From positions 1 to 64,000 of the forward strand of contig JAPDFW010000069.1 in assembly GCA_028826165.1 (NCBI GenBank): a stretch of 64,000 nt of DNA. The letters are read 5' to 3'. Shown here piece by piece: positions 1-11,526 of the stretch (position 1 is its first letter; every line of letters begins with the position of its first letter). The stretch is from Anaeramoeba ignava BMAN (Eukaryota > Protista > Anaeramoebae). The notes under the pieces are model-generated. The model saw only the letters and a list, made by a program, of their open reading frames with translations. It was not told where the DNA came from and ran no database searches. A program made the position numbers and the translations under genes.

Positions 1-369
1 GGAATTAAATTGGAATTGTTAATAATTTAATTTGTTTATTGAAAGGGGCAAAATGATTTAATTATTTTTTTTAATTGTTTTTTTGGATAAGCAAAAATGA
101 AATTGAAAAATGAATAGTTATTAATGTTATATTATTAAATAATTTATAAATTCAAATTGTAAAAAAGGAAAAAAAAAAAAGGAATTACAAAAAAAAGAGA
201 AGCAAATTAAGTAAAAATAAACGCAGATCAAAACTCTTTTATTAATAAAAAGAATTGAAAAAAATGAAAAGGAAACCAACCTTAAAAAAAATATTTTTTT
301 TAAGATTAAACTGGACATTTCTTTCTCCTTTTTTTATTTCTCCTTTTTTTTTCAATTTTAATTTTAATT

Positions 370-1991
370 TTAATTTTGATTTTGATTATTAAATTTGTTA
401 ATTAATAAATCAAATAAATTTGGATTTGTTTGATTTAATTGAAAATAATCAATTCCAATTTTAATTTCATCAATTATTTCTTGTGTAATTTCGATTTCAT
501 TTTTAATTTGATTTGAATAAATCCAATATTCAAATATTTTAAATAAATTCTTTTCATTGTTTCTTCAATTTTTTCATTTGAATTTATAATTTCTTTAATT
601 TCATAATATAATTTTGGATTTATTTTGGAATTGTTTGAATAAATCATTTCAAATATTTGATTTGATTCTTTTATTGATTTATTTGAAATAATTTCTTGAA
701 GTTTTTCAATTTGATTTTCGATTTTGATTTAATCTATATTTCAATATTAATTTATGAGCTTCAATTATTTCTCCATTTTCGGTTTTAAATGAAATATTAC
801 AAAATTCTTTTCTTTTAAATAGTTTTATCAAATCTTCTTCAAGATTGGAAAAAGAAAAAGGAGAATAATAAATAAATGAATTGTTATATCCACAAGAAAC
901 ATGATAATTGGAAATATCTACATTAAATCTTAATTTAGGAAGTCTAATTTGAATAGGAATAGACTTTGATCTTGTGTTTCCAGTTCCTAATTGACCATAA
1001 TCATTATCTCCAAATACTATCATTTTCCTTTTCGATGTTAAAACCAAAGTATGATTAACTCCAACAGAAAAATCAAGAATATTATTATTATTTTCAAATA
1101 AAGATCTGATTTCAGTAAATTCATAAGTATCTTTATATTTGCCAAGTCCATTATATTGAGAATTTCCACATGAATAAAGTTTTCTTTTTGGATTTTGATT
1201 TTCATTTTCATTTTCAATCAACATTATTGAATGAGAACTTCCACATTTAATATCAATTATTTCACCTTTTGGAATATTTTGGATTTTGGTTAATTTTTTG
1301 ATTTCTTTTTCTTTTCTTGATTCTTCTAATCCAAGCTGGCCGCAGAAATTATCACCACAACAAAGTAATTCTTGATTTGAATTTAAAAGAAAAACATGAT
1401 TTGAATTATTTCCTGAAAATATTTTAGAAACATTTTTCATCATTAAAATTGGAATTTTTTTTATTTCAAACATTTTAGAATCAAAACCAAGTTGACCATA
1501 ATCATTATCACCAATTCCATAAGCATTTTGATTTAAAGTTAATAAGTAAATTGCACGAATCCAGAAACAATATCTTCAATTATACTATCATTTTTATCTT
1601 CAATTAATGATGAAATATTGATAAATTCATTTGGATTTTTTGGATTAATATCTCTTCCTTTGGCAAATACATTTCCTTCTTTTGTTAGAATAGCTTCATT
1701 TTGATAACCAACAGTTACTTTTTGAATATTTCCAATTTGGGTTTTTTTAGTTTTTTGTTTTGGATATTTTTCATTTAAATATTCTATTATTTCCCCATTT
1801 TTGAAAAGGAAAATTGTTGCAAAAGCTCCTGATGAAATTTGTTTAATTTGTTTTTCTTTTTCATTTTCATTTTCATTTTGTTTTTCATTTTGATTTTCAA
1901 ATTTAAATTGAATTGGTTTTATTATTTTTTCTGGTTTATTTTTGAAAAGAATTGGATATTTATTTTGACCAAAAAATAAACAATCATTCAT
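370..1991 (-). pseudogene. RCC1-repeat/BTB paralog, disrupted
   Basis: ORFs 1539..1991 and 706..1473 plus a 3' remnant ending NKFNNQNQN* (TAA at 370-372) align with the intact paralogs. Single-base frameshifts at ~1558 and ~720, and a ~170-bp deletion at ~540 that removes the KDFIIERK...SFQ part of the C-terminal BTB. Confidence 0.8.
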
Positions 1992-2019
1992 TTTTGGAAA
2001 GAAAAAAAATGAAAAAATG

Positions 2020-2200
2020 ATTTTGGAATTTTGATTTTAATTTTAATTTTAATTTTAATTTTGTTTTTGATTTTTAATTTTGATTTTAATTTTAATTTTG
2101 ATTTTAATTTTAATTTTAATTTTGATTTTAATTTTAATTTTGATTTTAATTTTGATTTTAATTTTGATTTTAATTTTGATTTTAATTTTGATTTTGATTT
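2020..2200. repeat. (TTTTAA/TTTTGA)n hexamer microsatellite
   Basis: Direct tandem hexamers. Source of spurious ILIL/KIKI ORFs. Confidence 0.95.
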
Positions 2201-4628
2201 TAATTTGATTTTGGTTTTGATTTTGTAACAAAAAGTTCTTGCATCTCTTCAACAGAAAAATGAGGATTTAAATTATATAATAATTTAGCATTTAATAAAA
2301 TAACAGGATCTAAAGCAAATCTTGACTCGTCTTCTTTGTAATTTTGAGGAGTAATGTAAACATAATATTGATTTTTTGGAAGAATAATTATTGATTGACG
2401 TTCTGTTTGTATTTGTTTTTGGTATTCTTTTTCATTTGAATTTCCTTTTTTTTGATTCAATTCATTCATTTTTTTTGAAACTGAATTGATTTTTTCAGAA
2501 TCAAATTCCATTCCAGCTAAATTTGAGTAGTATTCTAACAAGGAAACAGACCTTTTTTCAATAGAGAATGTTGAGGGTAATGAAAATAAATCATCTACTT
2601 TCTTATTATGGACATTATATTTCTGAATTGAAACTTGAATGTAAAATAATTGCTTTTCTTTTTGAAAATTTTCTGATAAGCAAACAAAATCTACAACATA
2701 ATGACCTTTGAAACAAATAATAAAATCTCCAACTTTCAATCTTTTGAGAGGTTTATCTCTTTTTTGATATATCACTCTTTTAATTTGTATTGGAAAAGTG
2801 GATGGAACTCGGCTATTTCCATTGAGATCGAAATTTGATAAATTAAATTGTGAGTTGATCTGGCTTTGAAATATATTAAGAATATATAATTCTAATGCTT
2901 GTGGTCTTGCGTCTATTTCACAAAGAGATTTAATAAAATCGGTATGTTCATTTTGGAAATATCTAAGAATTCCATGTTTGACAAATTTACAAATTGGAGA
3001 AATTGTAATTTTTTCTTCAAAATTTGTGAGTATTTTATCTTTTTGATTCATCACAGTATTTGAATTTTCTGAATTTTCATTATTCTGTTTGTGAAGTTGA
3101 ATCCAATAAAATAATCCTGATCTTTCCCAAATTTTGGGGAAAATACTACACTTGTGATTTAAATAAATCAATGTTGGAAATACAATTTCCTGCTTGAAAG
3201 AAGGATTATTTTGATTTTGGAAGATTTTCTCTAAAAAGTATTCAATACGTTCTTCATAAAATTTTGTACAATTAAGACAACATTGAATATCGAAATTAAG
3301 TCTTCTAATTTTGTTTGTTTTCCATTGTTCAAACGTTTTTGATACAATATCTAACATTTTAGGTACTTGACTTGTAAATTTTTGGAAAGAATGAATTGAA
3401 TATTCTGAAGGTAATTTTCCTTCTTTTTGCTTCCATTCTGCAATGGACTGAAATTCTAAATCATTATAAACTTCAATTTGAGTTCCGAATTCCATTAAAT
3501 CAAGATGACGAATTGTTTTATGATTAAAACTTGAACTCAGAGCCACAAGAATTAAACCATTCTTGATTAAAGGAAGATTTTTAAAAACATCCAAAATGTG
3601 TTCTGAATCTTGAAATTCATCTTGATAAAGAATGTTATATTCATCAATTACAATCAAAATTTGAAATTCTTTAGATTCTAAACCATAAAGTGATTGTAAA
3701 AAATTCTTACAACTTTTAACCCTTTCTTTTTCCATTTCTTCTGTTAAATTCTTTTCAAACCAAAAATTTTTATCAAATTTAAAACTACATTTTTGGAATA
3801 ATTGAGTTCCATATCTTTTAAAAAGATCTTGCATAATTTCTATTGCAGTTCGATAACTTTCTTGAGTTCTTAAAGTGTATAAATTATTCAAATATAAAAC
3901 AATCCACTTCTTTTCTTTTTTCTTCTTTTCAATCTTGTGCTTTTCATCTTCATTTTCTTTCTTTAAATCGATTATATTTTGGTTGGATATATTCATAGAG
4001 TGACATTTTTCTTCATTTTTCTTATTTTCAAGATTTGAATTCGATTTTGATTTTGGATTTTGATTTTGATTTTGATTTTGATTTTGATTTTGATTTGAAT
4101 TTGATTTTGAATTTGATTTTGATTTTTTCTTTCGATGATCTTTCCAATTTGGCTTTGTGTTTAAATTAAAATGGTAAGAATTGAATTTAGATATTTTATA
4201 AAAAAAGAAAAAAGAAGAATTGAATTGAATTGAATAAATTTATTGTTTCTTTTTTGATTTGAATTATTTGAATTCAAAAAAATTCATACATCAAATTGAG
4301 AAAAATAAGCAGCTAAGTGGTAGAGAATATAAGATTTCCCAGCTCCATTGAATCCATATAAAACATGTTTTTCGCTTATTTTTCCTGTTCGAATTTTGTT
4401 CATCAAAATTTGAGTTTGTTCTCTAATCAAAATTGGGGATAATTCACCTTGTTTTTCAGATTTAATATGATTCGGTTTATAACCAAAAATATCATAAGGA
4501 ATTCCACCTATTTGATTCATATTTTGTGCGTTTGAATGTAAATTGAGTGGAAGTTGTTTTAAAATGTTTAGAATTTCGTTTTCATTTAAAACTGTTATTG
4601 ATTTTTCTTTTAATTTTGAATCTGACAT
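2200..4628 (-). CDS. P-loop NTPase + restriction-endonuclease-fold (PD-(D/E)xK-like) protein, Crinkler/RHS (CR-NTPase+REase)-like; two exons
   Basis: Exon 1 (4628..4290) has Walker A HVLYGFNGAGKS. A GTATGA...CAAAG intron (4289..4153) joins it in frame to the 598-aa ORF frame. That frame carries WIVLYL, Walker B ILIVIDEYN, ILVALSSS and the C-terminal ALELYI...HYVVDFVC...LFYIQVS...H pattern typical of REase-fold domains. Confidence 0.7.
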
Positions 4629-4859
4629 TTGAAAATAATTTTTTTTTGATCAAAATTGAAAAAAAAAGAATGAAAACAAAACAAAAAATTTTTTTTCTTT
4701 TAAACTCATAAAATGTCTTCTTAAAGAATATTTTTTTAGATCAAAATTTTTTTTCAATTACATGACATTTTTCTTTTCTTCTCCTTTTTAGATTCAATTT
4801 AATATTTAATTTAAAAATAACTTAAAACTTAATTTTACTGATCAAAAAACCAGAAAAGT

Positions 4860-5190
4860 GGAATTTCTTTTAATTTTAATTTTAATCTTAATTTTAATTT
4901 TAATTTTAATCTTGATTTTAATTTTAATTTTAATTTTAATTTTAATTTTAATTTTAATTTTAATTTTAATTTTAATTTTAATTTTAATTTTAATTTTAAT
5001 TTTAATTTTTAATTTTAATTTTAATTTTAATTTTAATTTTAATTTTAATTTTAATTTTGTTTTTGATTTTTAATTTTGATTTTGATTTTAATTTTGATTT
5101 TAATTTTAATTTTAATTTTGATTTTAATTTTAATTTTAATTTTAATTTTTAATTTTAATTTTAATTTTATTTTTGATTTTAATTTTGATT
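4860..5190. repeat. (TTTTAA)n microsatellite, 3' of RCC1-BTB gene
   Basis: Direct tandem hexamers. Confidence 0.95.
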
Positions 5191-6963
5191 TTAATCTTGA
5201 TTATTAAATTTTTTAATTAATAAATCCAATAAATTTGGATTTGTTTGATTTAATTGAAAATAATCAATTCCTTTTTTAATTTCTTCAATAATTTCTTGTG
5301 TAATTTGAATTTCATCTTTAATTTGATTTGAATAAATCCAATATTCTAATATTTGAAATGATTTATTACTTAATTCACTATAATCTGTAACTTTATTAGA
5401 AGTATCATCAGTAACAGATAAAAACATTCCTCGATATAATTCACTTCTCATTATTAATATTAATTTTGGAAATTTATATTCTTTTTCTTTTCTTTCAATT
5501 ATAAAATCTTTTTCATTTTCATTTTCATTTAAATAAATTCTTTTAATTGTTTCTTCAATTTTTTCATTTGAATTTATAATTTCTTTAATTTCTGAATATA
5601 ATATTGGATTTATATTGGAATTGTTTGAATAAATCATTTCAAATATTTGATTTGATTCTTTAATTGATTTATTTGAAATAATTTCTTGAAGTTTTTCAAT
5701 TTGATTTTCATTTTGATTTAATCTATATTTCAACATTAATTTATGAGCTTTGATTATTTCTCCATTTTCTGTTTTAAATGAAATATTGCAAAATTCTTTT
5801 CTTCGAAATAGTTTTATCAAATCTTCTTCAAGATTGGAAAAAGAAAGAGGAGAATAATAAAGAAATGATTTTTGATCTCCACAAGAAATATGATAATTGG
5901 AAATATCTTCATTAAATCTTAATTCAGGAAGTTTGATTTGAATTGGAATTAGTTGTGCATTTGTATCTCCAGTTCCTAATTGACCCCAATAATTTCTTCC
6001 AAAACCAATTAATTTTGAATTGGATGTTAAAATCAAAGTATGATCAAGTCCACAAGAAAATTTAAGAATATTATCATCATTTTCAAATAAAGATGATTTG
6101 ATTTCAGTAAATTCATAAGTATTTTGATCTTTGCCAAGCCCATTTAATCGATGTTCCCCGCATGAATAAAGTTTTCTTTTTGGATTTTCATTTTCATTTT
6201 CATTTTCAATCAACATTATTGAATAAGAAAATCTGCATTGAATATCAATTATTTTGCCTTTTGGAATATTTTGGATTTTAGTTAATTTTTGGATTTTTGT
6301 TTCATCTTTTCTTGATTCTCCTAATCCAAGTTGACCAAATTGATTATCACCACATCCAAATAATTCTTGATTTGAATTTAAAAGAAAAACATGATTTGAA
6401 TTATTTCCTGAAAATATTCTAGAAACATTTTTCATCATTAAAATTGGTTTTTGTGTTTTTTTAAGTGTTTTAGAATCAAGACCAAGTTGAGCATATAAAT
6501 TATCACCAATTCCATAAACATTTTGATTTGAAGTTAATAAATAAATTGAACTGTTTGCAGAAACAACATCTTGAATTATTCTATCATTTGTATCTTCAAT
6601 TAGTGATGAAATATTGATAAATTCATTTGGATTTTTTGGTTTGATACCATATCCTTTGGCAAATACATTTCCTTCTATTGTTAAAATAGCTTCATTTTCA
6701 GAACCAACAGTTACTTTTTGAATATCTTCTTCAATTTGGATTTTTTGAGCATTTGGATAAAGTAAATATTCTTCATTTAAATGTTCTATTGCTTTTCCAT
6801 TTTTAAAAAGGAAAATTGTTCCAAAATAACCTGATGAGATTTGTTTAATTTGTTTTTCATTTTCATTTTCAAATTTAAATTGAATTGGCTTTATTATTTC
6901 TTCTGGTTTATTTTTGATAAGACTTGGATATCTATTTAAACCAAAAAATATAATTTCATTCAT
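5191..6963 (-). CDS. RCC1-repeat beta-propeller + BTB/POZ domain protein (copy B), 590 aa
   Basis: Intronless ORF. RCC1 motifs (GxNxxGQLG, SCGxxHTLIL). BTB-like segments FCNISF..IKAHKLML and KDFII..FPKLILIMRSELYRGMF..ILEYWIYSN. Confidence 0.9.
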   Translation of the reverse strand: MNEIIFFGLNRYPSLIKNKPEEIIKPIQFKFENENEKQIKQISSGYFGTIFLFKNGKAIEHLNEEYLLYPNAQKIQIEEDIQKVTVGSENEAILTIEGNVFAKGYGIKPKNPNEFINISSLIEDTNDRIIQDVVSANSSIYLLTSNQNVYGIGDNLYAQLGLDSKTLKKTQKPILMMKNVSRIFSGNNSNHVFLLNSNQELFGCGDNQFGQLGLGESRKDETKIQKLTKIQNIPKGKIIDIQCRFSYSIMLIENENENENPKRKLYSCGEHRLNGLGKDQNTYEFTEIKSSLFENDDNILKFSCGLDHTLILTSNSKLIGFGRNYWGQLGTGDTNAQLIPIQIKLPELRFNEDISNYHISCGDQKSFLYYSPLSFSNLEEDLIKLFRRKEFCNISFKTENGEIIKAHKLMLKYRLNQNENQIEKLQEIISNKSIKESNQIFEMIYSNNSNINPILYSEIKEIINSNEKIEETIKRIYLNENENEKDFIIERKEKEYKFPKLILIMRSELYRGMFLSVTDDTSNKVTDYSELSNKSFQILEYWIYSNQIKDEIQITQEIIEEIKKGIDYFQLNQTNPNLLDLLIKKFNNQD

Positions 6964-7049
6964 TTTCTGAAAAGAAAAAAAAATAAAAAAAAAAGTTACA
7001 AAAAAAAAATTTTTTTTTTAGATGATGAGTTGGATTTGTATTCGATATC

Positions 7050-7520
7050 TTAATTTAATTTTTTTGGTTTTGATTTTAATATTAATTTTAATTTTAATTT
7101 TAATTTTAATTTTGAATTTTGATCTTAATTTTAATCTTAATTTTAATCTTAATTTTAATTTTAATTTAAATTTTAATTTTGATCTTGATTTTGATTTTGA
7201 TTTTGATTTTTATTTTGATTTTAATTTTAATTTTAATTTTAATTTTAATTTTAATTTTAATTTTAATTTTAATTTTAATTTTGATTTTAATTTTAATTTT
7301 AATTTTGATCTTAATTTTGATTTTAATTTTAATTTTAATTTTAATTTTTAATTTTAATTTTAATTTTAATTTTAATTTTAATTTTAATTTTAATTTTAAT
7401 TTTAATTTTAATTTTTTTAATTTTAATTTTAATTTTATTTTAATTTTTAATTTTTTAATTTTTAATTTTAATTTTAATTTTAATTTTAATTTTAATTTTA
7501 ATTTTAATTTTAATTTTAAT
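7050..7520. repeat. (TTTTAA)n microsatellite spacer
   Basis: Direct tandem hexamers. Confidence 0.95.
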
Positions 7521-7521
7521 T

Positions 7522-9309
7522 TTAATTTTGATTATTAAATTTGTTAATTAATAAATCAATTAAATTTGGATTTGTTTGATTTAATTGAAAATAATCAGTT
7601 CCAATTTGAATTTCTTCAATAATTTCTTGTGTAATTTCAATTCCTTCTTTAATTTGATTTGAATAAATCCAATATTCAAATATTTGAAATGATTTATTAC
7701 TTAATTCACTATAATCTGTAACTTTATTAGAAGTATCATTTGTTACAGATAAAAACATTCCTCGATATAATTCACTTCTCATTATTAATATTAATTTTGG
7801 AAATTTATATTGTTTTTCTTTTCTTTCAATAATAAAATCTTTTTCATTTTCATTTAAATAAATTCTTTTCATTGTTTCTTCAATTTTTTCATTTGAATTT
7901 ATAATTTCTTTAATTTCAGAATATAATTTTGGATTTATTATTCTGTTTGAATAAATCATTTCAAATATTTGATTTGATTCTTTAATTGATTTATTTGAAA
8001 TAATTTCTTGAAGTTTTTCAATTTCATTTTGATTTTGATTTAATCTATATTTCAATATTAATTTATGAGCTGATATTATTTCTCCATTTTCTGTTTTAAA
8101 TGAAATATCACAAAATTCTTTTCTTCCAAATAGTTTTATCAAATCTTCTTCAAGATTGGAAAAAGAAAGAGGAGAATAATAAAGAAATGATTTTTGATCT
8201 CCACAAGAAATATGATAATTGGAAATATCTTCATTAAATCTTAATTTAGGAAATTCAATTTGAATTGGAATTGATTGATATTTTGTATCTCCAGTTCCTA
8301 ATTGACCAAAATCATTACTTCCAAATCCAATTAATTTTGAATTAGATGTTAAAATCAAAGTATGATTAAGTCCACAAGAAAATTTAAGAATATTATCATC
8401 ATTTTCAAATAAAGATGATTTGATTTCAGTAAATTCATAAGTATCTTGTAAATATTTGCCAAGTCCATTATAAAACCCAACTCCACATGAATAAAGTTTT
8501 CTTTTTGGATTTTCATCTTCATTTTCATTTTCAATCAACATTATTGAATAAGAAAATCTGCATTGAATATCAATTATTTTGCCTTTTGGAATATTTTGGA
8601 TTTTGGTTAATTTTTTGGTTTTTGTTTCATCTTTTCTTGATTCTCCTAATCCAAGTCTACCAAATTCATTATATCCACATCCAAATAATTCTTGATTTGA
8701 ATTTAAAAGAAAAACATGATAAGAAGAATTTCCTGAAAATATTTTAGAAACATTTTTCATCATTAAAATTGGTTTTTCTGTTTTTTCAAGTGTTTCATAA
8801 TTAAAACCAAGTTGACCATATTGATTTAAACCAATTCCATAAACATTTTGATTTGAAGTTAATAAGTAAACTGAATGAGCTCCAGAAACAATATCTTGGA
8901 TTATTCTATCATTTGTATCTTCAATTAATGATGAAATATTGATAAATTCATTTGGATTTTTTGGATTAATATTTTCTCCTTTTGCAAATACATTTCCTTC
9001 TATTGTTAAAATAGCTTCATTTCGATAACCAACAGTTACTTTTTGAATATTTTCTTCAATTTGGATTTTTTCAGGATTTTGATTTGAATTTCTTTCATTT
9101 AAATATTCTATTGCTTTTCCATTTTCAAAAAGGAAAATTGTTCCAAAATAACCTGATGAAATTTGTTTAATTTGTTTTTCATTTTCATTTTCATTTTCGT
9201 TTTCATTTTCATTTTCAAATTTAAATTGAATTGGCTTTATTATTTCTTCTGGTTTATTTTTGAAAAGAATTGGATATTGATTTAAACCAAAAAATAAACA
9301 ATCATTCAT
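7522..9309 (-). CDS. RCC1-repeat + BTB protein (copy C), 595 aa
   Basis: Intronless ORF, same motifs as copy B. Confidence 0.9.
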   Translation of the reverse strand: MNDCLFFGLNQYPILFKNKPEEIIKPIQFKFENENENENENENEKQIKQISSGYFGTIFLFENGKAIEYLNERNSNQNPEKIQIEENIQKVTVGYRNEAILTIEGNVFAKGENINPKNPNEFINISSLIEDTNDRIIQDIVSGAHSVYLLTSNQNVYGIGLNQYGQLGFNYETLEKTEKPILMMKNVSKIFSGNSSYHVFLLNSNQELFGCGYNEFGRLGLGESRKDETKTKKLTKIQNIPKGKIIDIQCRFSYSIMLIENENEDENPKRKLYSCGVGFYNGLGKYLQDTYEFTEIKSSLFENDDNILKFSCGLNHTLILTSNSKLIGFGSNDFGQLGTGDTKYQSIPIQIEFPKLRFNEDISNYHISCGDQKSFLYYSPLSFSNLEEDLIKLFGRKEFCDISFKTENGEIISAHKLILKYRLNQNQNEIEKLQEIISNKSIKESNQIFEMIYSNRIINPKLYSEIKEIINSNEKIEETMKRIYLNENEKDFIIERKEKQYKFPKLILIMRSELYRGMFLSVTNDTSNKVTDYSELSNKSFQIFEYWIYSNQIKEGIEITQEIIEEIQIGTDYFQLNQTNPNLIDLLINKFNNQN

Positions 9310-9339
9310 TTTTGAAAAAGAAAAAAATGAAAAAATATT

Positions 9340-9640
9340 TTTTAATTTTAATTTTAATTTTGATTTTAATTTTAATTTTAATTTTAATCCTAATTTTAAT
9401 TTTATAAATGAATTTTAATTTTAATTTTAATTTTAATTTTAATTTTAATTTTAATTTTAATTTTAATTTTAATTTTAATTTTAATTTTAATTTTGATTTT
9501 AATTTTAATTTTGATTTTAATTTTGATTTTAATTTTAATTTTTAATCTTAATCTTAATTTTAATTTAGATTTTGATTTTAATTTTAATTTTAATTTTAAT
9601 TTTAATTTTAATTTTAATTTTAATTTTTGATTTTTATTTT
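9340..9640. repeat. (TTTTAA)n microsatellite spacer
   Basis: Direct tandem hexamers. Confidence 0.95.
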
Positions 9641-9642
9641 CT

Positions 9643-11415
9643 TTATTGATTTTGAATATTAAATTTGTTAATTAATAAATCAATTAAATTTGGATTTGTT
9701 TGATTTAATTGAAAATAATCAATTCCTTTTTTAATTTCTTCAATAATTTCTTGTGTAATTTCAATTTCATCTTTAATTTGATTTGAATAAATCCAATATT
9801 CAAATATTTGAAATGATTTATTACTTAATTCACTATAATCTGTAACTTTATTAGAAGTATCATCAGTTACAGATAAAAACATTCCTCGATATAATTCACT
9901 TCTCATTATTAATATTAATTTAGGAAATTTATATTGTTTTTCTTTTCTTTCAATAATAAAATCTTTTTCATTTTCATTTAAATAAATTCTTTTCATTGTT
10001 TCTTCAATTTTTTCATTTGAATTTATAATTTCTTTAATTTCATAATATAATTTTGAATTTATTATTTTGTTTGAATAAATCATTTCAAATATTTGATTTG
10101 ATTCTTTAATTGATTTAGTTGAAATAATTTCTTGAAGTTTTTCAATTTCATTTTGATTTTGATTTAATCTATATTTCAATATTAATTTATGAGCTTCAAT
10201 TATTTCTCCATTTTTGGTTTTAAATGAAATATTACAAAATTCTTTTCTTCCAAATAGTTTTATCAAATCTTCTTCAAGATTAGAAAAAGAAGGAGGAGAA
10301 TAATAAATAAATGATCTAAATTCTCCACAAGAAATATGATAATTAGAAATTTCTTCATTAAATCTTAATTTAGGAAGTTCAATTTGAATAGGAATTGATT
10401 GATATTTTGTATCTCCAGTTCCTAATTGACCAAAATCATTACTTCCAAATACTATTAATTTATTCTTGGAAGTTAAAATCAAAGTATGTGTATCTCCAAC
10501 AGAAAAATCAAGAATATCATCATCATTTTCAAATAAAGATGATTTGATTTCAGTAAATTCATAAGTATCTTGTAAATATTTGCCAAGTCCATTGAATTGA
10601 TAATCTCCACATGAATAAAGTTTTCTTTTTGGATTTTGATTTTCATCTTCATTTTCAATCAACATTATTGAATGAATATCACCACATTGAATATCAATTA
10701 TTTTGCCTTTTGGAATATTTTGGATTTTGGTTAATTTTTTGGTTTTTGTTTCTTCTTTTCTTGATTCTCCTAATCCAAGTCTACCAAATTCATTATATCC
10801 ACATCCAAATAATTCTTGATTTGAATTTAAAAGAAAAACATGATAAGAAGAATTTCCTGAAAATATTTTAGAAACATTTTTCATCATTAAAATTGGTTTT
10901 TCTGTTTTTTCAAGTGTTTCATAATTAAAACCAAGTTGACCATATTGATTTAAACCAATTCCATAAACATTTTGATTTGAAGTTAATAAGTAAACTGAAT
11001 GAGCTCCAGAAACAATATCTTGAATTATTCTATCATTTTTATCTTCAATTAATGATGAAATATTGATAAATTCATTTGGATTTTTTGAATTAATATTTTC
11101 TCCTTTTGCAAATACATTTCTTTCTATTGTTAAAATAGCTTCATTTTGAAAACCAACAGTTACTTTTTGAATATTTTCTTCAATTTGAATTTTTTCAGGA
11201 TTTTGATTTGAATTTCTTTCATTTAAATATTCTATTGCTTTTCCATTTTCAAAAAGGAAAATTGTTGAAAATCTTCCTGATGAAATTTGTTTAATTTGTT
11301 TTACATTTTCATTTTCATTTTCAAATTTAAATTGAATTGGTTTTGTTATTATATTTGATTCATTTTTGAAAAGAATTGGATATTGATTTTGACCAAAAAA
11401 TAAACAATCATTCAT
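9643..11415 (-). CDS. RCC1-repeat + BTB protein (copy D), 590 aa
   Basis: Intronless ORF, same motifs as copy B. Confidence 0.9.
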   Translation of the reverse strand: MNDCLFFGQNQYPILFKNESNIITKPIQFKFENENENVKQIKQISSGRFSTIFLFENGKAIEYLNERNSNQNPEKIQIEENIQKVTVGFQNEAILTIERNVFAKGENINSKNPNEFINISSLIEDKNDRIIQDIVSGAHSVYLLTSNQNVYGIGLNQYGQLGFNYETLEKTEKPILMMKNVSKIFSGNSSYHVFLLNSNQELFGCGYNEFGRLGLGESRKEETKTKKLTKIQNIPKGKIIDIQCGDIHSIMLIENEDENQNPKRKLYSCGDYQFNGLGKYLQDTYEFTEIKSSLFENDDDILDFSVGDTHTLILTSKNKLIVFGSNDFGQLGTGDTKYQSIPIQIELPKLRFNEEISNYHISCGEFRSFIYYSPPSFSNLEEDLIKLFGRKEFCNISFKTKNGEIIEAHKLILKYRLNQNQNEIEKLQEIISTKSIKESNQIFEMIYSNKIINSKLYYEIKEIINSNEKIEETMKRIYLNENEKDFIIERKEKQYKFPKLILIMRSELYRGMFLSVTDDTSNKVTDYSELSNKSFQIFEYWIYSNQIKDEIEITQEIIEEIKKGIDYFQLNQTNPNLIDLLINKFNIQNQ

Positions 11416-11526
11416 TTTTGAAAAAGAAAAAAAATGAAAAAAATGAAAAATGATTTTTTAATTTTTTTCATTTTCTTTTTTTTTTTCATTTTTTCATTTT
11501 TTTCATTTTCTTTTTTTTTTTTCAAA

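Noticed and set aside
2000-4860. Terminal inverted repeats or target-site duplication around the NTPase-REase gene
   Set aside because: The flanks are microsatellite and low-complexity. No convincing TIR/TSD was found by eye, so it is not called a mobile element.
5191-11415. Diversity-generating retroelement as the source of RCC1 loop variation
   Set aside because: No reverse transcriptase and no template/variable repeat pair are visible. Variation is spread over all blades and is not obviously limited to adenines.
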